From an uncultured Candidatus Altimarinota bacterium (GTDB lineage: Bacteria > Patescibacteriota > Gracilibacteria > CAIRYL01), in assembly GCA_947311645.1 (NCBI GenBank), contig CAMZKZ010000041.1, positions 1 to 38,616 of the forward strand: a stretch of DNA of 38,616 nt, in the 5' to 3' direction. Shown here piece after piece: positions 19,985 to 29,199 of the stretch. The position numbers were made by a program, and so were the translations under genes. Each line of letters opens with the position of its first letter. The first letter of the stretch is position 1. Below the pieces are notes generated by a model. It was not told the DNA's origin. It worked only from the letters and a program-made list of their open reading frames with translations, and did no database searches.

Positions 19985-21034
19985 TTATCGAAACACTTGA
20001 TTCATTCTGTCTGGAGACTCTAATAAAAAGTCTGCTAAGGTCATAGCAACCATACTTTCTAATACTGGAACCAATCGCGGAGGAATTGTTGGATCATGTC
20101 GTCCACCAATAACAAAATCAGAAATTTCTCCATTTGGAGTGTTTGCTTTTTGCTTTTGTGAAATAGAAGGAGTAGGTTTTACAGATACTGTAATAATAAT
20201 ATCATCTCCCGTTGTTAATCCTCCAGAAATCCCCTCTTTTCGTTTATTTTGCATAGATCCAACCTGATGCTTTGCCTTGCTTCCAATACCATATTCAAAA
20301 CTTCTCACAGCACCACACGACATAATTCCTCTCGCTAATTCTCCTTCGATTTTTCCAAAAACAGGAGTTCCTAAATATTTTGCACAATTTTTAATACAAA
20401 TAGTAATTTCTCCTCCAACACTTTCACTTTTTCTTTTTGCGTCTATTACAGCCTCTATCATTTTTTCCGCAGCTTTTTTATCTCCACAACGCACTGGGTT
20501 TTTTTCTATTTCAGCAGTATCAAAATCGGCATGAGAAATATCACAACTGTCTACTCCTGCTAAACTTGAAACATGGGCAATAATTTGTGTTGCATTATTC
20601 TCTGCAAGAATTTTCTTTGCAAATGTACCACCAATAACTCGTGCCAATGTTTCTCGTCCAGAACTTCTTCCTCCTCCTCGATGATCCCTATGTTCATATT
20701 TATAAAACCACCCCTCATCTGCATGACCTGGTCGAAATACTTCTTTTAAAAAATCGTAATCTTTTGATGCTTGATTTTGATTTCTCACAATACATGCAAT
20801 TGGTGTTCCTATTGTTTTTCCTTCAAATATTCCTGATAAAATTTCTACTTGGTCTTTTTCTATTCTTGGTGTTGCCATTGCACTTTGCCCTGGTTTTCTT
20901 CTGTTTAATTCTGCTTGAATTTCTTCAGTCGATATTTCAAGACCTGCAGGACACCCATCAATAACAGCTCCAAGTGCTACACCATGACTTTCTCCAAAAG
21001 TAGTAACTCTAAAATTTCTTCCAAATGTATTCAT
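19985..21034 (-). CDS. aroC: Chorismate synthase
   Basis: MNTFGRNFRVTTFGESHG at the N-terminus, plus RPGHAD and GGRSSGRET motifs. 349 aa. Confidence 0.95.
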   Translation of the reverse strand: MNTFGRNFRVTTFGESHGVALGAVIDGCPAGLEISTEEIQAELNRRKPGQSAMATPRIEKDQVEILSGIFEGKTIGTPIACIVRNQNQASKDYDFLKEVFRPGHADEGWFYKYEHRDHRGGGRSSGRETLARVIGGTFAKKILAENNATQIIAHVSSLAGVDSCDISHADFDTAEIEKNPVRCGDKKAAEKMIEAVIDAKRKSESVGGEITICIKNCAKYLGTPVFGKIEGELARGIMSCGAVRSFEYGIGSKAKHQVGSMQNKRKEGISGGLTTGDDIIITVSVKPTPSISQKQKANTPNGEISDFVIGGRHDPTIPPRLVPVLESMVAMTLADFLLESPDRMNQVFR

Positions 21035-21059
21035 AGTATTATATTGTTATAGTATTGTA

Positions 21060-21479
21060 TTAACGAGACTGTTTGGTAGCAATAAAATTTTGATAACTCA
21101 TTTCATAATTTGTTTCTCCTGGTAAATAATGCACAGAAGATAAACATAATAAAATAGCATTTGTGCTAAAATTTTTAAATTCATGCCATACATTTTTTCC
21201 AACATAAATAGCCTTTTGAGGAGAGTCAAGAAGAATTTCTTTTTTTCCTAATCCATCGGTATCTATAACAGCAGTACATGTCCCCGCAATACAAAGAAAA
21301 ATTTCTTCTTCGATGAAATGAGAATGCGAACCACGAATCATATTTTCTGGTGTCGAATAAAGAAAATATGTTCGCTTTGGAATAAATGGAAGATTTTTAT
21401 TGAATTCTATAGGAACCAATACACCTCTTTCATCTTTGTATTCTGGAAATACAAATTCATAAAACACAGAATTTTTCAT
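21060..21479 (-). CDS. FdtA/WxcM-like cupin (TDP-4-keto-6-deoxy-sugar 3,4-ketoisomerase family)
   Basis: 139 aa with DERGVLVPIEF...LPFIPKRTYFLY...RGSHSH...NVWHEF, the typical FdtA-type cupin pattern. Confidence 0.65.
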   Translation of the reverse strand: MKNSVFYEFVFPEYKDERGVLVPIEFNKNLPFIPKRTYFLYSTPENMIRGSHSHFIEEEIFLCIAGTCTAVIDTDGLGKKEILLDSPQKAIYVGKNVWHEFKNFSTNAILLCLSSVHYLPGETNYEMSYQNFIATKQSR

Positions 21480-21626
21480 TATTGTAACAAATATATGATA
21501 TATCTATACTCTATCATAATTTATAAAATTCAAGCGAATAAAAATAAATCATGATAAAATAAAATTGCTACTATGTTCATGAATAAAATGAACACACTCT
21601 AATTTACTACATATTTATTTTTCAGA

Positions 21627-22784
21627 ATGATAAACCCAAATCAAACAATAGGATTTATAACAGGAGGGCAACTTGGTCAGATGATGATTCAATCTTTTTT
21701 ACCATTTCGACAAAATGAAAAAATTTTTGTTTTAGATGGAAATGAAAATTGCTCATGTGCACCATATGCAAATGAAGTTTTTACAGGGTCTAGTAAAGAC
21801 TTTTCCACTGTTTTAGAATTTGGAAAAAAATGCGATACTCTTATTTTAGAATTTGAACATGTAAATATTGAAGCACTGGAAGCATTAGAGAAATTAGGGA
21901 AAAAAGTATTTTGCCAATCCAAATATATTAAAATCATACAAAATAAAGGCTTACAAAAACAGTTTTATACAGAAAATAATATTCCAACGGCATCCTATAC
22001 TACTATAAAAAATAAAGAAGATTTTATACAAAAAGCACAGAACAATACAATAAAATTTCCTGTCATGCAAAAAACATTTCTTGATGGATATGACGGAGGC
22101 GGTGTTACAAAAATCAATACTATTGCAGATATTGAAACAAAAGCATTTAACACAGCAAGTATTCTAGAAGAATGCGTACATATCACACGAGAATTTTCTT
22201 TAATCTGCGGACGTGACCAACATGGAAATGAATTTCAATATCCACTTATTGAGCAATTTTTTCATGAAAAAACAAATATCGTAGACTGTATAACTTCACA
22301 CTGTGAAATAGATTCTAACACACAATCTCAAGTTAAAACTATTACTCATGCAATACTCTCATCATTTACCGGTGCAGGACTTTGGGCAATAGAATTATTT
22401 CTTGATACCAATAGAATGGTGCTGGTAAACGAAATTGCTCCACGCGTTCATAATTCTGGACACCAAACTATAGAAGGAAACTACTGCTCGCAATTTGAAC
22501 AATACATGCGAATTGCATTGGGGTATACAGTAGGAAATACAGAAGAAATAAAACCAAGTATCACTGTTAATCTCCTTGGTGCAGAAAAGCATTTTGGAAA
22601 AGTGCGATATGAAGGAATTGAAGAAGTAATGAAGTTAAAAAATGTCTCAGTTCATTTATACGGAAAATCTGAAACAAAACCACATAGAAAAATGGGACAT
22701 ATAACGGTGCAACACAACACACTAAAAGAGTGCTGGAATACTATAAAAACTATAAAACAAAGAGTAAAAGTTTATGCTTTATAA
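21627..22784 (+). CDS. purK: N5-carboxyaminoimidazole ribonucleotide synthase (ATP-grasp)
   Basis: IGFITGGQLGQMM at the N-terminus, an ATP-grasp core and NEIAPRVHNSGHQTIE, the characteristic PurK block. Confidence 0.85.
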   Translation: MINPNQTIGFITGGQLGQMMIQSFLPFRQNEKIFVLDGNENCSCAPYANEVFTGSSKDFSTVLEFGKKCDTLILEFEHVNIEALEALEKLGKKVFCQSKYIKIIQNKGLQKQFYTENNIPTASYTTIKNKEDFIQKAQNNTIKFPVMQKTFLDGYDGGGVTKINTIADIETKAFNTASILEECVHITREFSLICGRDQHGNEFQYPLIEQFFHEKTNIVDCITSHCEIDSNTQSQVKTITHAILSSFTGAGLWAIELFLDTNRMVLVNEIAPRVHNSGHQTIEGNYCSQFEQYMRIALGYTVGNTEEIKPSITVNLLGAEKHFGKVRYEGIEEVMKLKNVSVHLYGKSETKPHRKMGHITVQHNTLKECWNTIKTIKQRVKVYAL

Positions 22785-22792
22785 TATAAATT

Positions 22793-23329
22793 ATGCAAGA
22801 AGAGAATCAAAAAAAATCGATAATAACACATGTAGAAAAAAAAATTTATAAAAACTTGGTTCTTACGCATAAAATGCATAAAAACCAAGCAGAAGTGTAT
22901 GAAAAAGAAGTATCACTCATTAAGCTCTTATTAATCATAACTACTATTTCTGTATTTATAGTTTTAATAGCTCCTATTGATTACAATATTTCATGGGGAA
23001 TAAAATTTTCACTTGCACTTATTGATTTATTTTTAATTTTATATGAATCTGGATTTCGACCAGAAGAAAAACTACAAATTCATAAAAATGCCGTAAGCCA
23101 ACTGCTCAATTTACGAAACACATTTGCTATTGCAATGTCAGACTATATATTGGGACGAATTAACCAAAAAGAATTTTTACATATTCGAAATAAAACATCA
23201 CAACGTGCCGATAGTATTTATTCAAGCACTCCAACTGTTACGAAAAAATGTGTACAAAAAGCAAAAGAAGAAACACGAAAATATCTTAATAAAAATGCAG
23301 ATTATTTGCTTACAGATATTAAACAATAG
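22793..23329 (+). CDS. SLATT/DUF4231-like 2-TM protein (putative membrane effector or sensor)
   Basis: 178 aa. An N-terminal helix is followed by two closely spaced TM helices (LLLIITTISVFIVLIAP; FSLALIDLFLILY) and a C-terminal helical segment (EEKLQIHKNAVSQLLNLRN...). This is the SLATT architecture, recognised by pattern only. Confidence 0.35.
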   Translation: MQEENQKKSIITHVEKKIYKNLVLTHKMHKNQAEVYEKEVSLIKLLLIITTISVFIVLIAPIDYNISWGIKFSLALIDLFLILYESGFRPEEKLQIHKNAVSQLLNLRNTFAIAMSDYILGRINQKEFLHIRNKTSQRADSIYSSTPTVTKKCVQKAKEETRKYLNKNADYLLTDIKQ

Positions 23330-23330
23330 A

Positions 23331-26300
23331 TTATTTTTTAATTTGTTTTTTTTCACACTTTGTATTTATCATTTCAGCAAGAATTGAAGCACCAATTATT
23401 AAACTCGTTCCCCACATAAGGTGTGAAGTTATTTTAATCTCTCCTAAGATAAATGATTCAACAAAAATAGTAATTAAAATTGCAATGTTGAACATGAGAA
23501 ATGCTATAAACCCATCCATTCGTTTATATGCCTCAAATGTTAATAATGTCCCAAGTCCCCATAATGCCCCCAATCCTACAGCCCAAAAAATAGAAATAAA
23601 TGGTAATTCTATAAAATACGAATACGAATAAAGAACCAATGGTAATGAACACAGAAAGGAAATAAAGTATAAATAAAAGTTTAAGAAATAGGCCTCATTA
23701 CCTCTAAACTTTTTTGTATATTGAATTTGTGCAGTTACAAAAATAACATCGGCAAACATATAACAAATAGCATAAATATTTCCCATTAATGAATTAGCTG
23801 ATCCAGAAACAAGATCTTTATAAAAAATTAAAGATGCTCCAACTCCCCCCAAAAGAAATATAATAAACATTTTTATAATATTCCCCCTTTCGTTAAAATA
23901 TGAAGTTGTCGATTTCCAAAATATAAAACCGATGAGAAGTGCAAGAATAGGAGCAAAACCATTTAATAAAATAAAGCTTGTTCCAGAAGTAGATTGTGAG
24001 CTTAAAATTAAAAATAAAATCAAAGAAAGCATAGAGAGCATCATTGCTATAAAATACCAATCTATTTTTAATTTATAATTTTTTTGTATTGCCTTTTTTC
24101 CTAAAAATAATACAGAAAGAAAGGTGAAAATACTCGCACCAAGTAATAATAAAGGAGCTTGTAAGTCGAATCGAATATCAGAAAGGGGGCTATATCGAAT
24201 AATTAAAGGCTCTATCCCCCAAATAATGACTGCACCAATACGCAGAAAATACCCTATTATTTTTTCTTTTTGTTTTTTTTGATACTCAGAGAGCGTAATA
24301 GAGGGGGTCTTGTTATTTGCTATCTTTTTTTGTGATACAAATATTGCTGGTAATCCCATAGAAAAAACAAGTAAAATAAGAGGAAAGTAAAAATTTAGAT
24401 TATAAATATCATAATTATGCTGAAAGAATATATAAATATACCCCAACGATACAATAAAATTTATTGCAATAATAGAAAGTAATACAGATATTTTATTGCG
24501 AATAGCAGCAAAATAATTATTTAAAAATATATATGTTGAAACATTTGCCGCAAGAATAAACCCCGCACCAAAATAAAATAAAAAATGATTTTCTGATAGG
24601 CCAGAGATAAGCAATGTAAAAATCAATACGGAAATTCCTATTGGAAAAGCCAGAAAAAAAGCTATTTTCAGTAAAAATGAAATGGAAGTCGCATATGAAC
24701 ACATGAGTGAAGGTTTAATATTTTGTACAAATGTAATAATATTTTTTTTAGAACTTTCAACAAGCATGCTTCCTTTTATTTCCTTCCTTTCTTTTTTCAT
24801 TGTAAGATTTTTAATATCCACAGATGTCTTTTCTGCAACTGCTAATACAACAGATTCTACATCTGAAAATAATGAAAACGATGAAGAAAAATGTAATTTT
24901 TGTTTTTTTACACTCTGTTTTTTTTTGGTATGCGATTTATTTTTTATATATTCTTCGTATAAATATAAGCATTCATATTCCCCTATTCTGCCTTCATAAA
25001 TTCGCACATACAACTCTTCAATAGAAGAACAATTCACATCTGTAGACCGTAAAAAATCAATAGTATCACAGAGTGTATCTGTCGAACCCATTCTTTTTTC
25101 ATCAAAAACAGCTTGAAGAATATTATGCCCTTTTTCTAACTTTTCATCATACGAAACACAAGAGAGCATTTCTGAAATTTTCTCCTTATACAGAAGAGAG
25201 GAATTCAACCAAGGTCGTTTCAATTGAGTCGTATTTGAAAATGAAAACTCAATAATATCATTATTTTTTACAATAGTATCCAATGGTTTTTCATGAGTAT
25301 TTATACGCACTGTACTAATATTTTGAAAACGATCTGGATACAATAATATACCTGCATCGAGTGCTGTAGCCCCTCTTGCAATATAATTCTTTCCATATTC
25401 TGGATTATGAATCGTTAACTGAGGAGTTAAAAGATTATTTGTAATAGAATCAAGTGTTTGCTCAGATTCTTTATGTAAAAGAGACAAGGATCTATTTGAT
25501 AATTCTTCAAGCTTATACTCTTTATTATAAACATCTATAAATGCTCCAATCGTATTTCGTTCATACATTTTTTTCGATACAATATGAACTTCAATAATTT
25601 CTGAGTTATTCAAAATATACTGTGCATGCAATGCTTGATATTTATTTATCTTTGGACGAGAAATATAATCGAGAAAAGTATATTTTTTTAAATAAAGTTG
25701 TGTATTTAAACGAGAAAATGCCATGAAACAGTCTTTTTCATCTTCTAATTCTAGAATTAAATATTTATCTCTTTTTTTTCGATTCATAAAACTATTGTAT
25801 TCGAAAAAAATATGAGCATCTGGAAAAAATGATGAAAGAGTTGTAATACAAGACATCTGAGAATCCTCATTTATATCACTATTATCTATAGGAATATGTA
25901 ATGCTCTTGCACATGCATTTTCTAAAAGATTTTTCAGACTCCATATACCAAGGCGTTTTGCCGATGCGACATATATAAATATTGCCTCTTGTACTTTTTT
26001 CTTTCTTTTTTGTGCATTTTTTTTCCCTGCGATTGTTATAATATTATGCAGTCTATCAAATATTTTAATAAGCAAAATACGACAATCTTGTTTTGCATAA
26101 TGAAATATTTTTTCAATAGTTTTTTTTGTACGTTCTTCTTTTGTGTGCTTTTTTAAAATTTCATCACCAGGAGCACAATCTATATCCGAGACTTTACTTA
26201 CTCCTTCTATCAAGGTATATACGGTTTCTCCAAATATTTTTTTCACCTTTTCTGAAATTTTTTTGCGTGCCAATACTGGTAAAACACCTTCTTCTTCATA

Positions 26301-26660
26301 ATCCTCTATTGTATCGTGTAAAAGAGTTGCAGATAAAAAATCTACACATGGTTTATAAGGAAGAGAAAGCAATGCAACAATTAACGGGTGTGTTATAAAC
26401 GCCGCACCAGACTCTCTTCTTTGTTTTTTGTGTACCTCTTTTGCAAATAAAAAAGCATTCTCGAGTTGTTTTTTAGCACTTATACTCGAATTGTAGTGAG
26501 AAAATAAAAAGATTAAATTTTGAAAAAGAAACTCTTCCCCTTTTGATTCTAGTACCTCAATAGCATCAAAATTTTCATGTGTAGAAAAAAAATCAACACT
26601 ATAGTATTGATTTTTCATATTTTCTGTTATTACATCTGTAGTATTTTCTAAATTTTTCAT
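23331..26660 (-). CDS. Long RelA/SpoT homologue (intact HD hydrolase, degenerate synthetase, TGS) fused to a C-terminal polytopic membrane region with an EamA/DMT-like module
   Basis: - HD domain, about nt 26031-26453: ITHPLIVA, TLLHDTIED, FDRLHNI.
- Synthetase-like region, about nt 25521-25823: YQALHA and EVHIVSKKMYE, in place of the usual YQSLHT and EVQIRT..MH..AE.
- TGS, about nt 25245-25427: GATALDAG...NNDIIEF.
- About 14-15 hydrophobic helices across nt 23361-24698. The last ~10 are EamA-like (RIGAVIIWGIEPLIIRY). Confidence 0.8.
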   Translation of the reverse strand: MKNLENTTDVITENMKNQYYSVDFFSTHENFDAIEVLESKGEEFLFQNLIFLFSHYNSSISAKKQLENAFLFAKEVHKKQRRESGAAFITHPLIVALLSLPYKPCVDFLSATLLHDTIEDYEEEGVLPVLARKKISEKVKKIFGETVYTLIEGVSKVSDIDCAPGDEILKKHTKEERTKKTIEKIFHYAKQDCRILLIKIFDRLHNIITIAGKKNAQKRKKKVQEAIFIYVASAKRLGIWSLKNLLENACARALHIPIDNSDINEDSQMSCITTLSSFFPDAHIFFEYNSFMNRKKRDKYLILELEDEKDCFMAFSRLNTQLYLKKYTFLDYISRPKINKYQALHAQYILNNSEIIEVHIVSKKMYERNTIGAFIDVYNKEYKLEELSNRSLSLLHKESEQTLDSITNNLLTPQLTIHNPEYGKNYIARGATALDAGILLYPDRFQNISTVRINTHEKPLDTIVKNNDIIEFSFSNTTQLKRPWLNSSLLYKEKISEMLSCVSYDEKLEKGHNILQAVFDEKRMGSTDTLCDTIDFLRSTDVNCSSIEELYVRIYEGRIGEYECLYLYEEYIKNKSHTKKKQSVKKQKLHFSSSFSLFSDVESVVLAVAEKTSVDIKNLTMKKERKEIKGSMLVESSKKNIITFVQNIKPSLMCSYATSISFLLKIAFFLAFPIGISVLIFTLLISGLSENHFLFYFGAGFILAANVSTYIFLNNYFAAIRNKISVLLSIIAINFIVSLGYIYIFFQHNYDIYNLNFYFPLILLVFSMGLPAIFVSQKKIANNKTPSITLSEYQKKQKEKIIGYFLRIGAVIIWGIEPLIIRYSPLSDIRFDLQAPLLLLGASIFTFLSVLFLGKKAIQKNYKLKIDWYFIAMMLSMLSLILFLILSSQSTSGTSFILLNGFAPILALLIGFIFWKSTTSYFNERGNIIKMFIIFLLGGVGASLIFYKDLVSGSANSLMGNIYAICYMFADVIFVTAQIQYTKKFRGNEAYFLNFYLYFISFLCSLPLVLYSYSYFIELPFISIFWAVGLGALWGLGTLLTFEAYKRMDGFIAFLMFNIAILITIFVESFILGEIKITSHLMWGTSLIIGASILAEMINTKCEKKQIKK

Positions 26661-26826
26661 GGTCTTATAGATAAGTACTTCTCTAAAAATTATTCAATTT
26701 ATTATCTGTAATATAACAGAGTATAGCATAACATGAGTTTTTATAACAATATGGTTTCTGTAAATTATATTTCGTAATCAATAACATATTGATACACTCG
26801 TAATAGAATATTTTTATTTATAGAGA

Positions 26827-27807
26827 ATGAATACTATACGAATTGGAATGTTTGGCTTTGGAACAGTTGGATCTAATATTGCGAAAATTCTTTTTCATCA
26901 TAGAAAAGAAATAGAGAAAAAATTTCCTCATACCAATATTACTGTTAAATATATCGCAGTACGAAATAAAGTATCGAGCATAGAAAAAGCAAAACATGCA
27001 GGTATAGAAATAAGTGAAGATATTTTTACAGAAAATCATAATGATATTTGGAATGACCCAGAAATCAATTGTATTATAGAGGTTATTGGAGGCACAGGAC
27101 TTGCTAAAGATATTATTTATAAAGCAATAGAAACAAAACGAAATATAATAACCGCAAATAAAGCTGTTTTAGCTGAATCAGGAAATGAAATCTTTTCACT
27201 CGCAAAAGAAAATAATGTAAAAATTGGATACGAAGCATCTGTTGCAGGAGGAATTCCAATCATTAAAACACTTAAAAATCATTTTGCAATTGGGAGTGTT
27301 ACACGAATCGAAGGGATTTTAAACGGAACATGCAATTACATGCTTTCAAATTTAGAAAATAATCCCCTTCTTTCCTATGCAGATGTTTTACACGATGCAC
27401 AAGAAAAAGGTTTTGCAGAAAGTAACCCATCGGCAGATGTTGATGGATGGGATACCGCAGCCAAAATCTCAATTCTCTCAAGTATTTGCTTCTCACAAAA
27501 GATTCCAAAAACAACGGATTTTCCAGTGGAAGGAATTGCAAATATTACTGCTAAAAAAATTGCAGATGCACAAAAAGATAAGAAGAAGATACGACTTATA
27601 GCGAGTGCAACACAGCAGAACACTAGTATCGATATTCGAGTAGAGCCAGAAGAAATATCTCAAAATTCTCCATTTTATTCGGTGAATGGTGCAGATAATA
27701 TGATAATTATTCATCACGAATATTTAGGACAAATTGTCTTAAAAGGTGCAGGTGCAGGTGGTGAAGCCACCGCAATGTCAATTATTTCAGATATTCTAGA
27801 ATTATAA
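26827..27807 (+). CDS. hom: Homoserine dehydrogenase (no C-terminal ACT domain)
   Basis: IGMFGFGTVGSNI, ANKAVLA, YEASVAGGIPII and GILNGTCNYMLS. 326 aa. Confidence 0.9.
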   Translation: MNTIRIGMFGFGTVGSNIAKILFHHRKEIEKKFPHTNITVKYIAVRNKVSSIEKAKHAGIEISEDIFTENHNDIWNDPEINCIIEVIGGTGLAKDIIYKAIETKRNIITANKAVLAESGNEIFSLAKENNVKIGYEASVAGGIPIIKTLKNHFAIGSVTRIEGILNGTCNYMLSNLENNPLLSYADVLHDAQEKGFAESNPSADVDGWDTAAKISILSSICFSQKIPKTTDFPVEGIANITAKKIADAQKDKKKIRLIASATQQNTSIDIRVEPEEISQNSPFYSVNGADNMIIIHHEYLGQIVLKGAGAGGEATAMSIISDILEL

Positions 27808-27824
27808 TTTTTTATATACATACT

Positions 27825-29198
27825 ATGTTTTCATTAAAATTTGGAGGAACTTCTATGGGGTCAGCAGAGGCAATTGCACAAACAGCACAAATTATTATTT
27901 CTCATCCAGAACAGCATAAATCAGTAGTTGTTTCAGCAATGAGCGGAGTAACAAATTTGCTTATTTCTGCGGCAGAATGTGCAACAAAAACCGATAAAAT
28001 TTGTTATAAAAATTATTTAGAAGAAATAAAAGAAAAACATATTACGGCACTTGATACATTAGTTACAAATAAAGATTTGCATACAGAAGGGAAAGAATTT
28101 ATAGAAAAAAAACTATTAGGACTTTCTGGTTTTTTACATGCACTCACTGTTATCGGAGAAGTTTCATCGCGTTCAAATGACGAAATTATCTCTCTTGGAG
28201 AAATTTTATCTGCAAAACTTTTATCACTGCATTTAAAAGATATAAATGAAAAAGTAGAATTTATTTCTTTAGAAAATATTGTTTCTGATATGTTTGAACA
28301 CGAACATATAAAACCTGATAAACATTTTTTTGAATGTTTTTCTCATAAACTTGGAAAATTACTTACCCCTCTTCTTGAAGAAAATATAACCCCTATCTGT
28401 ACTGGATTTTTTGGAAAAATTCCTGATGGTATTGTGAATGCGGTAGGACGAGGATACTCTGATTTTACGGCTGCATTAGTTGGAAAAGCATGCAATGCAA
28501 CAGAAATTCAAATTTGGACAGATGTAAGTGGAATCTTATCAACAGATCCTCGAATCGTAAAAGAAGCACATGTAATAGATGAATTATCGTTTAATGAAGC
28601 AACAGAACTTGCAAATTTAGGAGCAAAAGTTATTCATCCTCAAACAATTTGGCCTGCGGTAAAAAATAATATTGTAGTACGAATTAAAAATACAATGGCT
28701 CCAAACGATATGGGAACTGCTATTACAAAACTTGGAAAAAATTCTAACCATTCGTTTAAGTCTATAACTGTTCAAAAAGATATAACAGTGCTTACTGTAA
28801 AATCATCAAATATGAGTGAGTCAGGAATTTTAATAGACCTATTTCAAGCGTTTGCATCATATGATATTTCTATAGATTTAGTTTCAACTTCAGAATCAAG
28901 TATTTCTGTAACAATTCAAAATGGGCATAAAAATTTATCGAAATTGGTAACAGAACTGGAAAAAAAATATAATGTAGAAATTGTACATAATAAATCTATT
29001 ATTGCAATTGTAGGAAATGAAATGTTATACAATATGGGAGTTGCTGGTCGATTTTTTTCTGCACTTTCCAACGCAAAAATCAATATAAATATGATTTCAC
29101 AAGGTGCAAATGAATCAAATATTTCTGCTGTAATTGCTGGGAAAGATGCAAATAATGCTGTGAAAGTTGTACATAAGGAGTTTTTTAATACAATATAA
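27825..29198 (+). CDS. lysC: Aspartate kinase
   Basis: KFGGTSMGS at the N-terminus, VGRGYSDFTAA, and C-terminal tandem ACT-like region (IIAIVGNEM...GVAGRFFSAL). Confidence 0.9.
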   Translation: MFSLKFGGTSMGSAEAIAQTAQIIISHPEQHKSVVVSAMSGVTNLLISAAECATKTDKICYKNYLEEIKEKHITALDTLVTNKDLHTEGKEFIEKKLLGLSGFLHALTVIGEVSSRSNDEIISLGEILSAKLLSLHLKDINEKVEFISLENIVSDMFEHEHIKPDKHFFECFSHKLGKLLTPLLEENITPICTGFFGKIPDGIVNAVGRGYSDFTAALVGKACNATEIQIWTDVSGILSTDPRIVKEAHVIDELSFNEATELANLGAKVIHPQTIWPAVKNNIVVRIKNTMAPNDMGTAITKLGKNSNHSFKSITVQKDITVLTVKSSNMSESGILIDLFQAFASYDISIDLVSTSESSISVTIQNGHKNLSKLVTELEKKYNVEIVHNKSIIAIVGNEMLYNMGVAGRFFSALSNAKININMISQGANESNISAVIAGKDANNAVKVVHKEFFNTI

Positions 29199-29199
29199 A

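Noticed and set aside
26661-26826. Possible lysine or other amino-acid riboswitch or leader upstream of hom-lysC, and a T-box upstream of leuS (35172-35301).
   Set aside because: The spacers are extremely AT-rich. They lack the conserved GC-rich helices and core motifs of the L-box, T-box or SAM elements. The leuS leader is far too short for a T-box.
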